Virus record (IMG/VR): IMGVR_UViG_3300045988_161245
Location: 64,001-128,000 of that record
From: a virus
Length of the DNA stretch: 64,000 bases
Strand: one strand, 5' to 3'
In this document: positions 1 to 9,110 of the stretch, piece by piece
Position numbering within the stretch: the first letter of the stretch is position 1
Layout: each line of letters starts with the position of its first letter
The notes under the pieces: model-generated
Databases searched by the model: none
Seen by the model: the letters and a program-made list of their open reading frames with translations, nothing else
What the model was told of the DNA's origin: nothing
Translations under genes and position numbers: made by a program

Positions 1-56
1 TTCGTGGGCAGTTTCTTTAATATATCATGTTTTTTCTTCTGCGGTTAAATCTCTTT

Positions 57-470
57 TTAATGCAGCTTGCCAGATACCCATGCATTACCAGATATCTCTG
101 TGTCACCAGACATCTCTATATTGCCAGATATCTCTGCGTTGCCACGTACACATGCGTTACCACGTACCTCTACGTTGCCACGTACACATGCATTATCATA
201 TACTTCTGAGTTGCCACGTACACATGCATTATCACGTACACATGCATTATCACGTACACATGCATTATCACGTACACATGCATTATCATATACCTCTGCG
301 TTGCCAAATACCCATGCGTTACCATACTGACTTAGATTTTCTTCTTTTTCTATCCATCCTCCTTTTTCTCCGGCAATTATAAGTCCAAAAGAAATAAGTG
401 CTTTAATTCTAAAAAGTTTTTTACCACAAATATTAATTTTAGTTTCTGTTGTAAGTTCAAATTTCTTCAT
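57..470 (-). CDS. hexapeptide-repeat (left-handed beta-helix-like) protein
   Basis: ORF 57..497. Internal ATG at 470 follows a GGGAGGAAAAC RBS. The C-terminal two thirds is a 6-aa periodic array (VRDNAC, VRGNAE, ISGNIE...). Confidence 0.6.
   Translation of the reverse strand: MKKFELTTETKINICGKKLFRIKALISFGLIIAGEKGGWIEKEENLSQYGNAWVFGNAEVYDNACVRDNACVRDNACVRDNACVRGNSEVYDNACVRGNVEVRGNACVRGNAEISGNIEMSGDTEISGNAWVSGKLH
215..286. repeat. four perfect tandem 18-bp units (cacgtacacatgcattat) within a longer 18-bp-periodic tract (about 70-330)
   Basis: Counted directly in the sequence. The units encode the hexapeptide turns of the minus-strand ORF. Confidence 0.95.
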
Positions 471-626
471 TTTGTTTTCCTCCCTTAAAAGTTTCATTTT
501 ATCTCATAAATAAGTGAATCCAACTATCATAATGAAAATGACTTCCATCTGAAAGCTTCACATCAATGTCTATAATTCCAAGGGTAATACCTATAAAGAG
601 AACAAAGAATATAAAATATACGTATT

Positions 627-905
627 TCAACAATCCCACTCTCCTTTGCAATATAAAATGTCCATAGCATCCTCTAAGTCTAAGTCATAATGACCAAAGT
701 TTAGCGACTGTGTGGTTTCATTCCAACATGTCCACACTGCATACTTCCCAGTTGTCTTGTGCTGTGCCATTACCCTATAAAGATAAGTTTCGGTTAATTT
801 TTGTCGAACTGATACAAGATTATAATTTTCAACTCCATGTCCAGCTGAAAAGTAAGACCGAACATTTTTATAAACTTTTGATGTTGCTTCAATTGTTGAT
901 GCCAT
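627..905 (-). CDS. hypothetical early protein
   Basis: 92-aa ORF with a GGGAGAT RBS upstream of the ATG. Confidence 0.6.
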   Translation of the reverse strand: MASTIEATSKVYKNVRSYFSAGHGVENYNLVSVRQKLTETYLYRVMAQHKTTGKYAVWTCWNETTQSLNFGHYDLDLEDAMDILYCKGEWDC

Positions 906-997
906 AATTTTTATCTCCCTTCTTGCTTATATAATTTGAGGGCAACAAGTTTTAATTTCGCTTGCTACCCTCTACTTCTTAGTTTATGTAAAGTTTG

Positions 998-2062
998 TTA
1001 TGCAAATTTGCGAATAACTTCAAGTTTCTGTTCATCATCTGAAAGTTTTCTAGTCTGCTGTAAATGCAGATTTTCAACAATTGCATCTTCTATGTAAAAA
1101 CTAAATGCTGCATCAGCGTCAAGATATTCATATGCAACCTTTGATCTTGCTTTAATGAGTGCAGGTGTTTTTCCGTGTAAATATTCTGATAAAAACTGCT
1201 CAGTCTTATTTCTATCACTTGCATAATATCTCCACATATCCCTTAACGCTTTAAATACACATCTTGAATATCCATTTGAAAGACGGTTAAAGCCTGACTT
1301 TTTACAAATATCAAGAATATATTCCATACAGCTTCTTCCATATTTCTCGCACAATTCTCTTGTGTAAGGATATGAACCAAGAATTCCACCCTCTCTTTGA
1401 CCTTTCTTTAAAACCCAGTCAAAATCATACTGGTGCTTTAATTCTTCAAGCAACATAGTAGGGCGATCTTCTCTAATTAATCTTGCACCATGCTTCTGAT
1501 AATCTTTTAATGGCTCTGTTCCAGAATTCTGATATTCGTATTTTTTAGCTTCAAATTTCTGTCTTTCATTTGGGTCACTTGGAGCTTTTAAAAGGACAGT
1601 AACATCAAGTTTTTCGTATTTGTCACTATCAATAACATTAGATGCACGAACTCTACCAGTTCCATCAACAACTGCTATGTATCCATCTTCAAAATGTGGT
1701 ACACCAAGTAATGGATCACATGAATCATAGTCCCATTCTTTTAACAGTTTTCCCAAACTTCTTTCTGTTCGTTCTGGAATCTGATATGCTGTATCCATTG
1801 CAAGTAATCTTACAGGAATTTTAAGTATAACTTTTGATAAACCTGATGCAATAGAAGATGCAAGAATTCCCTTAAGCTCTCCAATATCCTCAGCTCTTTG
1901 TTCTAATGTTCTTTCTTTGTTTCCAAGAATCGGAACAACTGTATTTATAACATTTGCACTAACTTTAGTTTCTGCCTTACTAATCTTTCCAATAACTTCC
2001 TGTACTGCCTTATTTTCATTTACGTTTCCATTTACATAATCTTTCATATTAACTGTTGTCAT
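998..2062 (-). CDS. ParB/Srx-like nuclease-domain protein (putative)
   Basis: 354-aa ORF with an AAGGAGAA RBS. The segment GVPHFEDGYIAVVDGTGRVRAS resembles the ParB N-terminal / DGQHR-type motif. Confidence 0.5.
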   Translation of the reverse strand: MTTVNMKDYVNGNVNENKAVQEVIGKISKAETKVSANVINTVVPILGNKERTLEQRAEDIGELKGILASSIASGLSKVILKIPVRLLAMDTAYQIPERTERSLGKLLKEWDYDSCDPLLGVPHFEDGYIAVVDGTGRVRASNVIDSDKYEKLDVTVLLKAPSDPNERQKFEAKKYEYQNSGTEPLKDYQKHGARLIREDRPTMLLEELKHQYDFDWVLKKGQREGGILGSYPYTRELCEKYGRSCMEYILDICKKSGFNRLSNGYSRCVFKALRDMWRYYASDRNKTEQFLSEYLHGKTPALIKARSKVAYEYLDADAAFSFYIEDAIVENLHLQQTRKLSDDEQKLEVIRKFA

Positions 2063-2153
2063 AATCTTATTCTCCTTTATTCATCAATGTATTTTCAATT
2101 TGCCTTATGGCATCCATTATTCAATTTTCAAAATTTTCCCAATAAAAAAAAGA

Positions 2154-2405
2154 CTACCGAACACGCTCATAAGGAACATAATTGTAGCCTTTTGATTTGA
2201 GATCATCTGCGACCTCTTCAATGGTTCGTTTCCAAACCATCTTATTAATATGATTGTTTACCTCTACGTTGTTTCCTGTAATTGTTGACCGGTATTTGTC
2301 ATGGCTGCCTTTTGAGCAGATATACAAATAACCGTTTGCCTTGAGATAAGACCGGAGCCTTCGTTCCTGTTTCTTATCCCATGATTTTGTGGTTCGCTTA
2401 CCCAT
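2154..2405 (-). CDS. HicA-like toxin-domain protein
   Basis: 83 aa. LKANGY...SKGSHDKY...VNNHINKMVWKRTIEEV matches the HicA (YcfA) pattern G(F/W)...GSH...H. Confidence 0.5.
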   Translation of the reverse strand: MGKRTTKSWDKKQERRLRSYLKANGYLYICSKGSHDKYRSTITGNNVEVNNHINKMVWKRTIEEVADDLKSKGYNYVPYERVR

Positions 2406-2407
2406 TA

Positions 2408-2737
2408 TTACACCTCCAATTCTGTAATTATATTATCTATATGCGCAGTATGGATATAGTCTAAATCCGTTCCGATCATCGGATTAATCATCCTATCCCA
2501 TACAGTACAATCTGGATTAACCTGAATAGATGACAGTCTCTTTCTGTTTCTTTGACTGATTCTGCCATCATGTTTTTTGATTTCTGCGATTGTTGCAAAA
2601 GCTTCATTTGCCTTTGCCTTACCGAATTTTTTGTAAATTGCACTTACTGTTACCTTTGGATTGTTTTGCGGAATAGTTTCTTTATAGATTTCAACAATTC
2701 CATCCCAAATTTTTGCAATTTCTTTCAAATCTGTCAT
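2408..2737 (-). CDS. hypothetical protein immediately upstream of the HicA-like gene (possible cognate partner)
   Basis: 109-aa ORF with an AAGGAGGTG RBS. Its stop lies 2 nt before the HicA-like start. Confidence 0.55.
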   Translation of the reverse strand: MTDLKEIAKIWDGIVEIYKETIPQNNPKVTVSAIYKKFGKAKANEAFATIAEIKKHDGRISQRNRKRLSSIQVNPDCTVWDRMINPMIGTDLDYIHTAHIDNIITELEV

Positions 2738-2742
2738 TTGCC

Positions 2743-2910
2743 TTACACCTCCTTAAACACGCCAGATTTCAACATATCGGTAAACCAACAGTCAAAATCT
2801 TGATACTCTTCTTTGTCTACAAGATCTCTGTAAACCTCATGAAGCTGGTTGATTGTAAAACTTTTTCCTTCCAATGGTTCCTCGTAGGTAATATACTTTT
2901 TCAGTTCCAT
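2743..2910 (-). CDS. hypothetical small protein (55 aa, below the ORF-track cutoff)
   Basis: Hand translation gives MELKKYITYEEPLEGKSF...GVFKEV. AAGGAGGC RBS. The ORF exactly fills the gap between neighbouring genes. Confidence 0.55.
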   Translation of the reverse strand: MELKKYITYEEPLEGKSFTINQLHEVYRDLVDKEEYQDFDCWFTDMLKSGVFKEV

Positions 2911-2915
2911 TTGCC

Positions 2916-3098
2916 TTATGCCTCCTTAATTTTCTCTCTCCATTTTTTAATCCGAACTGGATAATTAACGTTTTCTCTATATGTTTTTAATTGCACCTTT
3001 GCATCTTTTAAGTCTTCACAGTTACACTCAATGCTCCAGCCATGCCCTTCATAAAAACTCTCAATTGCGTAACAATCAACTGTTTTACGTTTATACAT
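2916..3098 (-). CDS. hypothetical small protein
   Basis: ORF 2916..3155. The internal ATG at 3098 has an AAGGGAGGT RBS. Confidence 0.55.
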   Translation of the reverse strand: MYKRKTVDCYAIESFYEGHGWSIECNCEDLKDAKVQLKTYRENVNYPVRIKKWREKIKEA

Positions 3099-3112
3099 TT
3101 TTATACCTCCCT

Positions 3113-3355
3113 TTAAAACTGCCATCCCTGTACAATATTTGCACAGTGGCAACAATTGTTTGAATAGCCATTTGTATAATATACAGAATTGTCTGGATGA
3201 ACCAAGTAGGAAAATTCGAATGCTTTAAAAAGAAGATCTCCCTTTACACGTTCCTTGAAAGTAACATTTACTGTCCAAGTATACGGATCACCGTTTTCAT
3301 CATGCCTTGAAAGCATTAAAGAATACTGTTTCCCTTTGTAAAATCTTTTCACCAT
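3113..3355 (-). CDS. hypothetical protein
   Basis: 80-aa ORF with an AGGAGGAT RBS. Confidence 0.6.
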   Translation of the reverse strand: MVKRFYKGKQYSLMLSRHDENGDPYTWTVNVTFKERVKGDLLFKAFEFSYLVHPDNSVYYTNGYSNNCCHCANIVQGWQF

Positions 3356-3367
3356 TTCTGTATCCTC

Positions 3368-3751
3368 CTACATTCTTCTTAACTGGTTTATCAAGTAAGC
3401 TGCAACTGGTCCTGTGATAATGTACAACCATAAATACACAGCTTCTCTTACAATTACGGTCCCTAAAACCGGAATCAGTAATAACATAAAGATCATCATG
3501 GATAATTCAACCATAGAAAGAAGTTTCTGTTTCTTCTTCTCTCTGATGATTAATTCGCGGTTTCTTTTGCGGATTTCAAGACCGTGAGATTCCAGGTTTG
3601 CCTTGCGTACACCAGATAAAGAATCTTTTAACAGATTAGCAAGCTCATCATTAAGCTCGCTATCTGTGAAGCACCGAACAATTTTATCTGTTGTTTCGGT
3701 TGGTGTATCAATAACATCATAATCATAGTTAATTGCCTCTGCTACTCCCAT
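3368..3751 (-). CDS. hypothetical membrane protein
   Basis: 127-aa ORF with two hydrophobic C-terminal segments (LSMMIFMLLLIPVLGTVIV, YLWLYIITGPVAAYLI). Confidence 0.6.
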   Translation of the reverse strand: MGVAEAINYDYDVIDTPTETTDKIVRCFTDSELNDELANLLKDSLSGVRKANLESHGLEIRKRNRELIIREKKKQKLLSMVELSMMIFMLLLIPVLGTVIVREAVYLWLYIITGPVAAYLINQLRRM

Positions 3752-3752
3752 T

Positions 3753-3938
3753 TCAATTCACCTCTTTTTCTAAGAATCTATTTATTGCTGATATTTCGCT
3801 TCGAGTGGTGAGTAGTTTGATCTGCATATTGTCACCAGATGAAACTACTCTGTGTTTCACTCTTCTGTTTGTTAAATAGTTGCATACTCTTCCTACTGAT
3901 TTTTCAGTAGTATTGATTGTTGCTAATACCTCTACCAT
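3753..3938 (-). CDS. hypothetical protein
   Basis: 61-aa ORF with a GGGAGGTG RBS. Confidence 0.55.
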   Translation of the reverse strand: MVEVLATINTTEKSVGRVCNYLTNRRVKHRVVSSGDNMQIKLLTTRSEISAINRFLEKEVN

Positions 3939-3954
3939 TTTCCTTGCACCTCCC

Positions 3955-4137
3955 TTATAATTCCATTAAAAACTTATCAATAGTTTCTACTTCTACGTCA
4001 TTGCACAGAATTTCAAAATGTGTATAATGCCAGCCAACACCAGATGACTCAAATTCAATTCCCTCTTCTTTCAGTTTTGCCTTGAGTTTCTGAGCATCCA
4101 GCTCTTTAAGTTCGCAGTTATAATATTTGCGTTTCAT
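3955..4137 (-). CDS. hypothetical protein
   Basis: 60-aa ORF tightly packed in the leftward operon. Confidence 0.5.
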   Translation of the reverse strand: MKRKYYNCELKELDAQKLKAKLKEEGIEFESSGVGWHYTHFEILCNDVEVETIDKFLMEL

Positions 4138-4366
4138 CTGTAAGTTTCACCCATCCTTTCTCTTTCATTTCCTTCTCATTTCTTGCCGTATCACATGAGA
4201 TATTTTTAATATCCCCAAACGGCGAAGGGTACTTATACGGATAGTTTTCTCTTGCAAACTCAAACATCATTATGCTTAGTGGAAAACCATCCTCGCAGCG
4301 ATCAAAAATTACGACAGCTTTAGTTTTGTCATATTTTCGCTCAACTAATGCACATGTTCTAACCAT
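4118..4366 (-). CDS. hypothetical protein
   Basis: 82-aa ORF with an AAGGAGGTG RBS. Confidence 0.6.
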   Translation of the reverse strand: MVRTCALVERKYDKTKAVVIFDRCEDGFPLSIMMFEFARENYPYKYPSPFGDIKNISCDTARNEKEMKEKGWVKLTDETQIL

Positions 4367-4474
4367 TTGCTTTACACCTCCTTGTGTTTCTCTTCCAAAA
4401 TCGGAAACTTTTTATATTAAAAAATCCATCTACAAGTCGCAGATGGAATGAAAAGCTTCCTTATTATATAGGTG

Positions 4475-4633
4475 TTAATAATACCGTTTTGTATGTCTGC
4501 CTTCGATCATCAGTCGGCAGATCTCGCTTTCCGTTGTGGCATTGTTTAATCTCGCAAGAATATAATCTGAATATTTCAGTTGCCTTGCAGCTTTGATTGC
4601 ATCTCGCTTATAAGATTTAACTGATTCTGACAT
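4475..4633 (-). CDS. hypothetical small protein (52 aa, below the ORF-track cutoff)
   Basis: Hand translation gives MSESVKSYKRDAIKAARQLKYSDYILARLNNATTESEICRLMIEGRHTKRYY, with a GAGGTG RBS. Confidence 0.5.
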   Translation of the reverse strand: MSESVKSYKRDAIKAARQLKYSDYILARLNNATTESEICRLMIEGRHTKRYY

Positions 4634-4643
4634 TGTAAACACC

Positions 4644-5147
4644 TCACTTTCTAATACTCCAGATATTTCCGTTTGGCTCTGTTACCGTCACGGAATCTAT
4701 AGCTTCCCTTATTGAGACGTAATAGGAATTGACCATCTGTTTGATTTCCTGGTAGCTGATACTGTTAGGATCGTCATTTATACAGCCGTAATCTTTCAGC
4801 TGTAGTGTGGTGTAACCCAGGAAATCCGTGTACACCAGAGCAATATCAGAAACCGGAATACTAACTTCTGGCTTCGCCTGTTTTGCCTTTGGTACTTTGG
4901 AAACTTTAAGGATTGTATCATCCTTTTTTCTGCGAGTTCCTTTAGTGTCAAATTTAACTTGTACACTGGCTCCCTTGTGAAGATGGAGTTTCCGCTTTGT
5001 ATGCCAGATATTACCGTCTGAGGTTGTGATAGATTTTGCACCGGTCACAATTCCGGTACTATACCGGACATTTGCCTTTGCGGAAACTGTGGTTGGTGTG
5101 GTAATTGTTAATGCTGCGAATGTTGCAGCTACGAGAAGTTTTTTCAT
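4644..5147 (-). CDS. secreted protein with N-terminal signal peptide
   Basis: ORF 4644..5378. The likely start is the ATG at 5147 (GGGAGAT RBS), giving MKKLLVAATFAALTITTPTTVSAKA..., a typical Sec signal. Confidence 0.6.
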   Translation of the reverse strand: MKKLLVAATFAALTITTPTTVSAKANVRYSTGIVTGAKSITTSDGNIWHTKRKLHLHKGASVQVKFDTKGTRRKKDDTILKVSKVPKAKQAKPEVSIPVSDIALVYTDFLGYTTLQLKDYGCINDDPNSISYQEIKQMVNSYYVSIREAIDSVTVTEPNGNIWSIRK

Positions 5148-5304
5148 TATTGTGATCTCCCTTCTGAGAATGAATTTATTTCGTGGTTGTTTTTGGAGCT
5201 GACATAATAAACACAATCTCCCTTCTGAAAAATGAGAATTATTTTTGAGCACAAAAAAGGACCTACTAATAACGTAGATCCTTTTTTGTTGCTGATTGTA
5301 ATAA

Positions 5305-5523
5305 TTAAAATTTTTTGCCATCTGGGAACTCAAAATAACAAACGTATTCTGCTCCCATGGCGTGAGCAATCTGCTCAAGTTCCTCTTTGGTAAATTTACC
5401 GCGTGATATTCTTGTACAGATTGTCTGCTGTGTCACATCAAAGGCTTTTTTACCCATTTCAGTCTTGGACATATTTGCATGGGCTAAAGCCCCTTCAATT
5501 TTTTCCTGCATATTCATAGTCAA
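5305..5523 (-). CDS. XRE/Cro-CI family helix-turn-helix regulator
   Basis: 72 aa. MSKTEMGKKAFDVTQQTICTRISRGKFTKEELEQIAHAMG is a classic HTH_XRE pattern. Confidence 0.65.
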   Translation of the reverse strand: MTMNMQEKIEGALAHANMSKTEMGKKAFDVTQQTICTRISRGKFTKEELEQIAHAMGAEYVCYFEFPDGKKF

Positions 5524-5680
5524 ACTACCTCCTGCACTTAATTATAAATTATGCAAAGAGTGTATGCAAGAACCTTTTTCACCTCCTCATAAAAGGGTAG
5601 ACTATGCCCTGGATCATAAATGCTGCGGTTTACGAGTTACGAATGGCACACTTAACGTTGATGCCAGTGTGCCTGTTTAA

Positions 5681-5887
5681 TTACAGAATATTAGACACGT
5701 AATCTTTTACCATGTCTACAACTGCCGTGTCTACATATTTCAACGGATCATCAGCAAACGCTTTCCAGTCCTGCTGAATACACATCCATTGATAAGTGGT
5801 TAAAGGAGTACCAAGAAGGTACTCCGTGGCTTTTCTACGAGTTACTACGCCACTTACGCTGTCAGAAATCTTAACTATAGCTACCAT
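5681..5887 (-). CDS. hypothetical protein
   Basis: ORF 5681..5959. The ATG at 5887 has a GGAGGTGG RBS and abuts the upstream stop. Confidence 0.55.
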   Translation of the reverse strand: MVAIVKISDSVSGVVTRRKATEYLLGTPLTTYQWMCIQQDWKAFADDPLKYVDTAVVDMVKDYVSNIL

Positions 5888-5888
5888 A

Positions 5889-6494
5889 TTAAGCCACCTC
5901 CTGTTTAGTCTCAGCCTCAGCTTTGATTGATTTATCAATTTCAGCCAGTGCATAGTCACAGAATGCGCTCATCCACATTTTATTGAACTGACGTTTGGAG
6001 TACAGACTTGTGAACTGGTTTTTCTCCAGAATCATTTTGTTACTGGAGGCTTTAATACCTACAAGGTCACACAGTCTTTCAGCCATTTTATTAATGGCAG
6101 TATCTGTACCTTTTGCGCCGAATCTGCGGACGAACTCCTGGCAAGCCTGGAGATATTCGCCACGTTTACCCTCGTTAATCTTTTTAAGGTAACAGTCGTA
6201 CATACCCTGTGGTACGAGACAAAGAACACGGTTCAGCTCCTCATTGATAGGTGATACCTCAGCCTTATAACCTTTAGTAAGAGCCTCAATTTCAGCGGAC
6301 AGAGACTTAGAAAGCTCCACATCACCTGTTGAGATAGCCACGTCCAGCTTATCCTGGAGCGGTTTTCTGGCAAGTGCAAAGTCATTAGCTTTCTGTGCCA
6401 GTTCTAACCGAACCTGTTTAAAGGTTCTGAGGTCATCAATTACACCACTGTTCATAGAATTGAAGTTGATTTTTTTGTTTGTAGATTTAGACAT
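5889..6494 (-). CDS. hypothetical protein
   Basis: ORF 5889..6557. The ATG at 6494 has an AGAGGAGAA RBS. Confidence 0.6.
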   Translation of the reverse strand: MSKSTNKKINFNSMNSGVIDDLRTFKQVRLELAQKANDFALARKPLQDKLDVAISTGDVELSKSLSAEIEALTKGYKAEVSPINEELNRVLCLVPQGMYDCYLKKINEGKRGEYLQACQEFVRRFGAKGTDTAINKMAERLCDLVGIKASSNKMILEKNQFTSLYSKRQFNKMWMSAFCDYALAEIDKSIKAEAETKQEVA

Positions 6495-6636
6495 AGTATT
6501 CTCCTCTGGTATTTTTACCAGTCGCTTTTTACTGGGAAGGCATAACCCATCATTCACTGGATATAATCCTAGTGCGTGTTATTCAATTGTGAAACAATAA
6601 TCCTGTGATTGAACCATAGACCTATAGCCTGGATCA

Positions 6637-6672
6637 TTAGAAAAGCCTGTACATTACACCCTGTACAGGCTT
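6637..6672 (-). terminator. Rho-independent terminator (11-bp stem aagcctgtaca/tgtacaggctt)
   Basis: Perfect 11-bp hairpin at 6643-6672, followed on the minus strand by TTTTCT. Confidence 0.6.
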
Positions 6673-6704
6673 GACATTTAGTGACTAATGGTGTAAACTA
6701 AAAG

Positions 6705-6848
6705 CTACTTAAAGCTACCACAGAGAACACTTTTTACAGCGTCCTCGTAGCAACTTTTTAGTTCGTTCGTGTCGCAAGAACACAGAAATCGTCCCTGGAA
6801 GAACAATTCGTAGTGTTCTTTGCACCGAACTACATCAATAGTTACCAT
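6705..6848 (-). CDS. hypothetical Cys-rich small protein (47 aa, below the ORF-track cutoff)
   Basis: Hand translation gives MVTIDVVRCKEHYELFFQGRFLCSCDTNELKSCYEDAVKSVLCGSFK, with a GGAGGTGAAAC RBS. Confidence 0.5.
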   Translation of the reverse strand: MVTIDVVRCKEHYELFFQGRFLCSCDTNELKSCYEDAVKSVLCGSFK

Positions 6849-6899
6849 AGTTTCACCTCCTCTCTGAAAATAAGTTGGTGAAACAATTATGTATTATGT

Positions 6900-7276
6900 A
6901 TTTATAAACCGCTTTTCCAGTTTCGAGCGAATCCAGAACGAATTACTGGTAGCGATGGACAGAATCAGCCTCTTACCGCATGACTTAGGTGTAATCCAAC
7001 ACCTGTAGCTTATTGTAACCGCTGGTCTTTTGGCGGTAGGTCTGCTACAACCCTTCACGCACTTTTACTGGTGGCGCTAATACTGGCGAGAAATCCACAA
7101 GCCAGAACCTTTTATGAGGAAAACAGAAAGACTTCACGCTATCGCTAGACAACTTGCAATTTGTAAGAACTGCTATTCAATCAATCATCATTCACTTTTC
7201 AAAGTACGGAATGCTGAATGCCTAAATCATCAGCGTGGGTTGATTGTTACCGCCGGATTAGTCCGGCAACTTTTTT
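6900..7276 (+). ncRNA. candidate structured non-coding RNA ending at a strong terminator
   Basis: Visibly G+C-richer than its surroundings. Several local hairpins (aggtgt..acacct, accgc..gcggt). The only ORF (7114..7380) lacks an RBS. Terminator at 7252-7276. Confidence 0.3.
7252..7276 (+). terminator. Rho-independent terminator (GCCGGA-ttag-TCCGGC + TTTTTT)
   Basis: Perfect 6-bp GC stem with a tetraloop, followed by a T6 run. Confidence 0.65.
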
Positions 7277-7461
7277 GGGACACTCAACAGACATTTGTCT
7301 GTTGTTGGTGTTACTATATCACATACGTTTGTATGTGTCAACACCTTTTTTTTAAACTTTTTAAAACTTTTTTCTGGTAGGTATTCCAGATACATACACT
7401 TGAACATTCACAACTGAAAAGTCGTTGTTGCTGTATCTCAATTGCTTGACGCAAGTATAAC

Positions 7462-7536
7462 ACTTTGTACAAAGTATTTTCAAGTCGGAATATTGTACAA
7501 AGTGTAGCTTGCTTTTCTGTTTACTTTGTACAAAGT
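7462..7536. promoter_or_regulatory. three operator-like copies of the palindrome ACTTTGTACAAAGT
   Basis: Perfect 14-bp palindromes at 7462-7475 and 7523-7536, and a partial copy (TTGTACAAAGT) at 7493-7503. TATAAT at 7538-7543. Sits between the divergent early arms. Confidence 0.6.
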
Positions 7537-7709
7537 GTATAATTACATACTTTTTTTATTCGCCTTTATTAGAAGGAATATTTCAAAAATACAGAAGTAA
7601 AAACCATGGAAAGTATTGATTTTACTAGCGTTGTGGGCTGTCGTATGGTATAATTCTTGTGAAATTATTTCTATATAATGCAAAAAAATGAAAGTAGGTT
7701 GATATATAA

Positions 7710-7919
7710 ATGTCAGATAATAATGAAAATAAATTCAATAAAGTAAAATATGATAATGATTATATAAAAAATAACTATGACCAGGTACGTTTTACAGTCA
7801 AAAAGGGTAAAAAAGAAGAATTGAAAGAACATTGTAGCAAGTTTGGTTATAAAAGTGTGAATGATTTTATAAATAAAGCTGTAAATGAGAAAATAGCTAG
7901 GGATTTAGGTGAAATGTAA
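7710..7919 (+). CDS. ribbon-helix-helix (CopG/Arc-like) DNA-binding protein
   Basis: 69 aa. FTVKKGKKEELKEHCSKFGYKSVNDFINKAVNEKI fits a beta-strand plus two-helix RHH pattern. Confidence 0.55.
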   Translation: MSDNNENKFNKVKYDNDYIKNNYDQVRFTVKKGKKEELKEHCSKFGYKSVNDFINKAVNEKIARDLGEM

Positions 7920-9071
7920 ATACAATTTAGTGTATTATAGCTATTGCGTGTGTAAATGTATAATTGTTTGAAAACGTCCGTGTATGAAAGACATTTTGTA
8001 AGCAGTGAGTTGAGCTGCGGTATAGGCATATTGCACAAAAGTATTGGATTTAGTGGGATTGTTGGCTGTGGTGTGGTGTGGATTGCATGGTGAAAGTGTC
8101 TTTTTGAGGGTAATTTTTAGGGAATCGGGGAAAGACATTGTGCAAAGTGCATAAAATGGTGTATAGGAATACTATGTCATGTAGTTTTGAAAACTATATA
8201 AGGTAGTTTAGTATTCCATATGTGATAGTTTATAGTATACATGATGTACTATAGTGTACTAGTTAAATTGTTTTGAAAATGATATAACATAGTTTTCGAT
8301 ACTGTATTATATGGTATTACTGCAATGTCTGGTAAAAAATTTCATTTTATCCATAGCCATTAAACCCTTGTAAATACTGGATTTCTACGACTTTTTACCC
8401 TATTTTTTTGAAAAATTCCTACTATATACCAGTTTAAAGCCCTTGCCAGACAACGCCAGAATGTCTTGTATAGTAATTTCTATATTTTCTATCATAGAAG
8501 TATAAAAGCATGTCTACTAATATCTATTAGAAGTCATGGAAAATAAGGATGGGGGTACTTTCCATCCTGGAGCAGATCCAGGATCGGCTCAGCAGCATAA
8601 GCAGGTCAATCTCCACACTGACTGGAAAATCCCTCTTCACAATAAATCCCTACTAACTCACGCTCTCCATTACTCTCTCATCGTATCGACCACCGTATCG
8701 TAAAATCCCAGTTTTTTCCTATCATCTTTCACTCCCACTCCACAAAAATCACACCAAAAATCACACAAAAATCACACACCAATCTCGCTCAACTCAAATA
8801 AATTCAAGCCATCAATCGATACCGTTCAACCATCCAAGTTCCTCCACAACCATCGCTCCCCACTCACCACACCAAAATCTCAATGTTTTCCTGGCATAAC
8901 TAGCAATTTTTCACCACTCTCAAAATATTCATTCGATAAAATCCCAATAAATCCCTACTCAAAACCCATTTTACTCATCACACAAATCGTATTCTTTCCT
9001 ATATAAATACTGTTATCTCTCGGTATCAAAAAAACACAACTTAATTCACACAATTTAAACTAAAAAATTTA

Positions 9072-9110
9072 AAAGCAGCCATCCAATCTGGACGTGCTGC
9101 TTTATTTTTT
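9072..9110 (+). terminator. Rho-independent terminator inside the G-poor tract
   Basis: aaagcagc...gctgcttt stem followed by ATTTTTT. Confidence 0.55.

Noticed and set aside
215-286. Possible CRISPR array (regular short repeats); the same question applies to 9353-9445
   Set aside because: The units are directly adjacent with no spacers and are only 18-22 bp long. One set lies inside a coding sequence. No cas genes are present in the window.
27-382. Three overlapping plus-strand ORFs (27..209, 67..330, 80..382) with repetitive translations
   Set aside because: They are alternative-frame read-throughs of the 18-bp tandem repeat. None has an RBS. The minus-strand hexapeptide-repeat ORF has a strong RBS and a non-repetitive N-terminal domain.
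7114-7380. 88-aa Cys-rich ORF
   Set aside because: It has no Shine-Dalgarno sequence. It runs through two strong hairpins, including a terminator, and its composition is odd (W/C/F-rich). A non-coding RNA is the more likely explanation.
7847-8138. Two minus-strand ORFs (7847..8038, 7941..8138)
   Set aside because: They overlap each other, have no RBS, and lie in an AT-rich region full of palindromes such as TAGTTTTGAAAACTA (8182-8196). Treated as non-coding control DNA.
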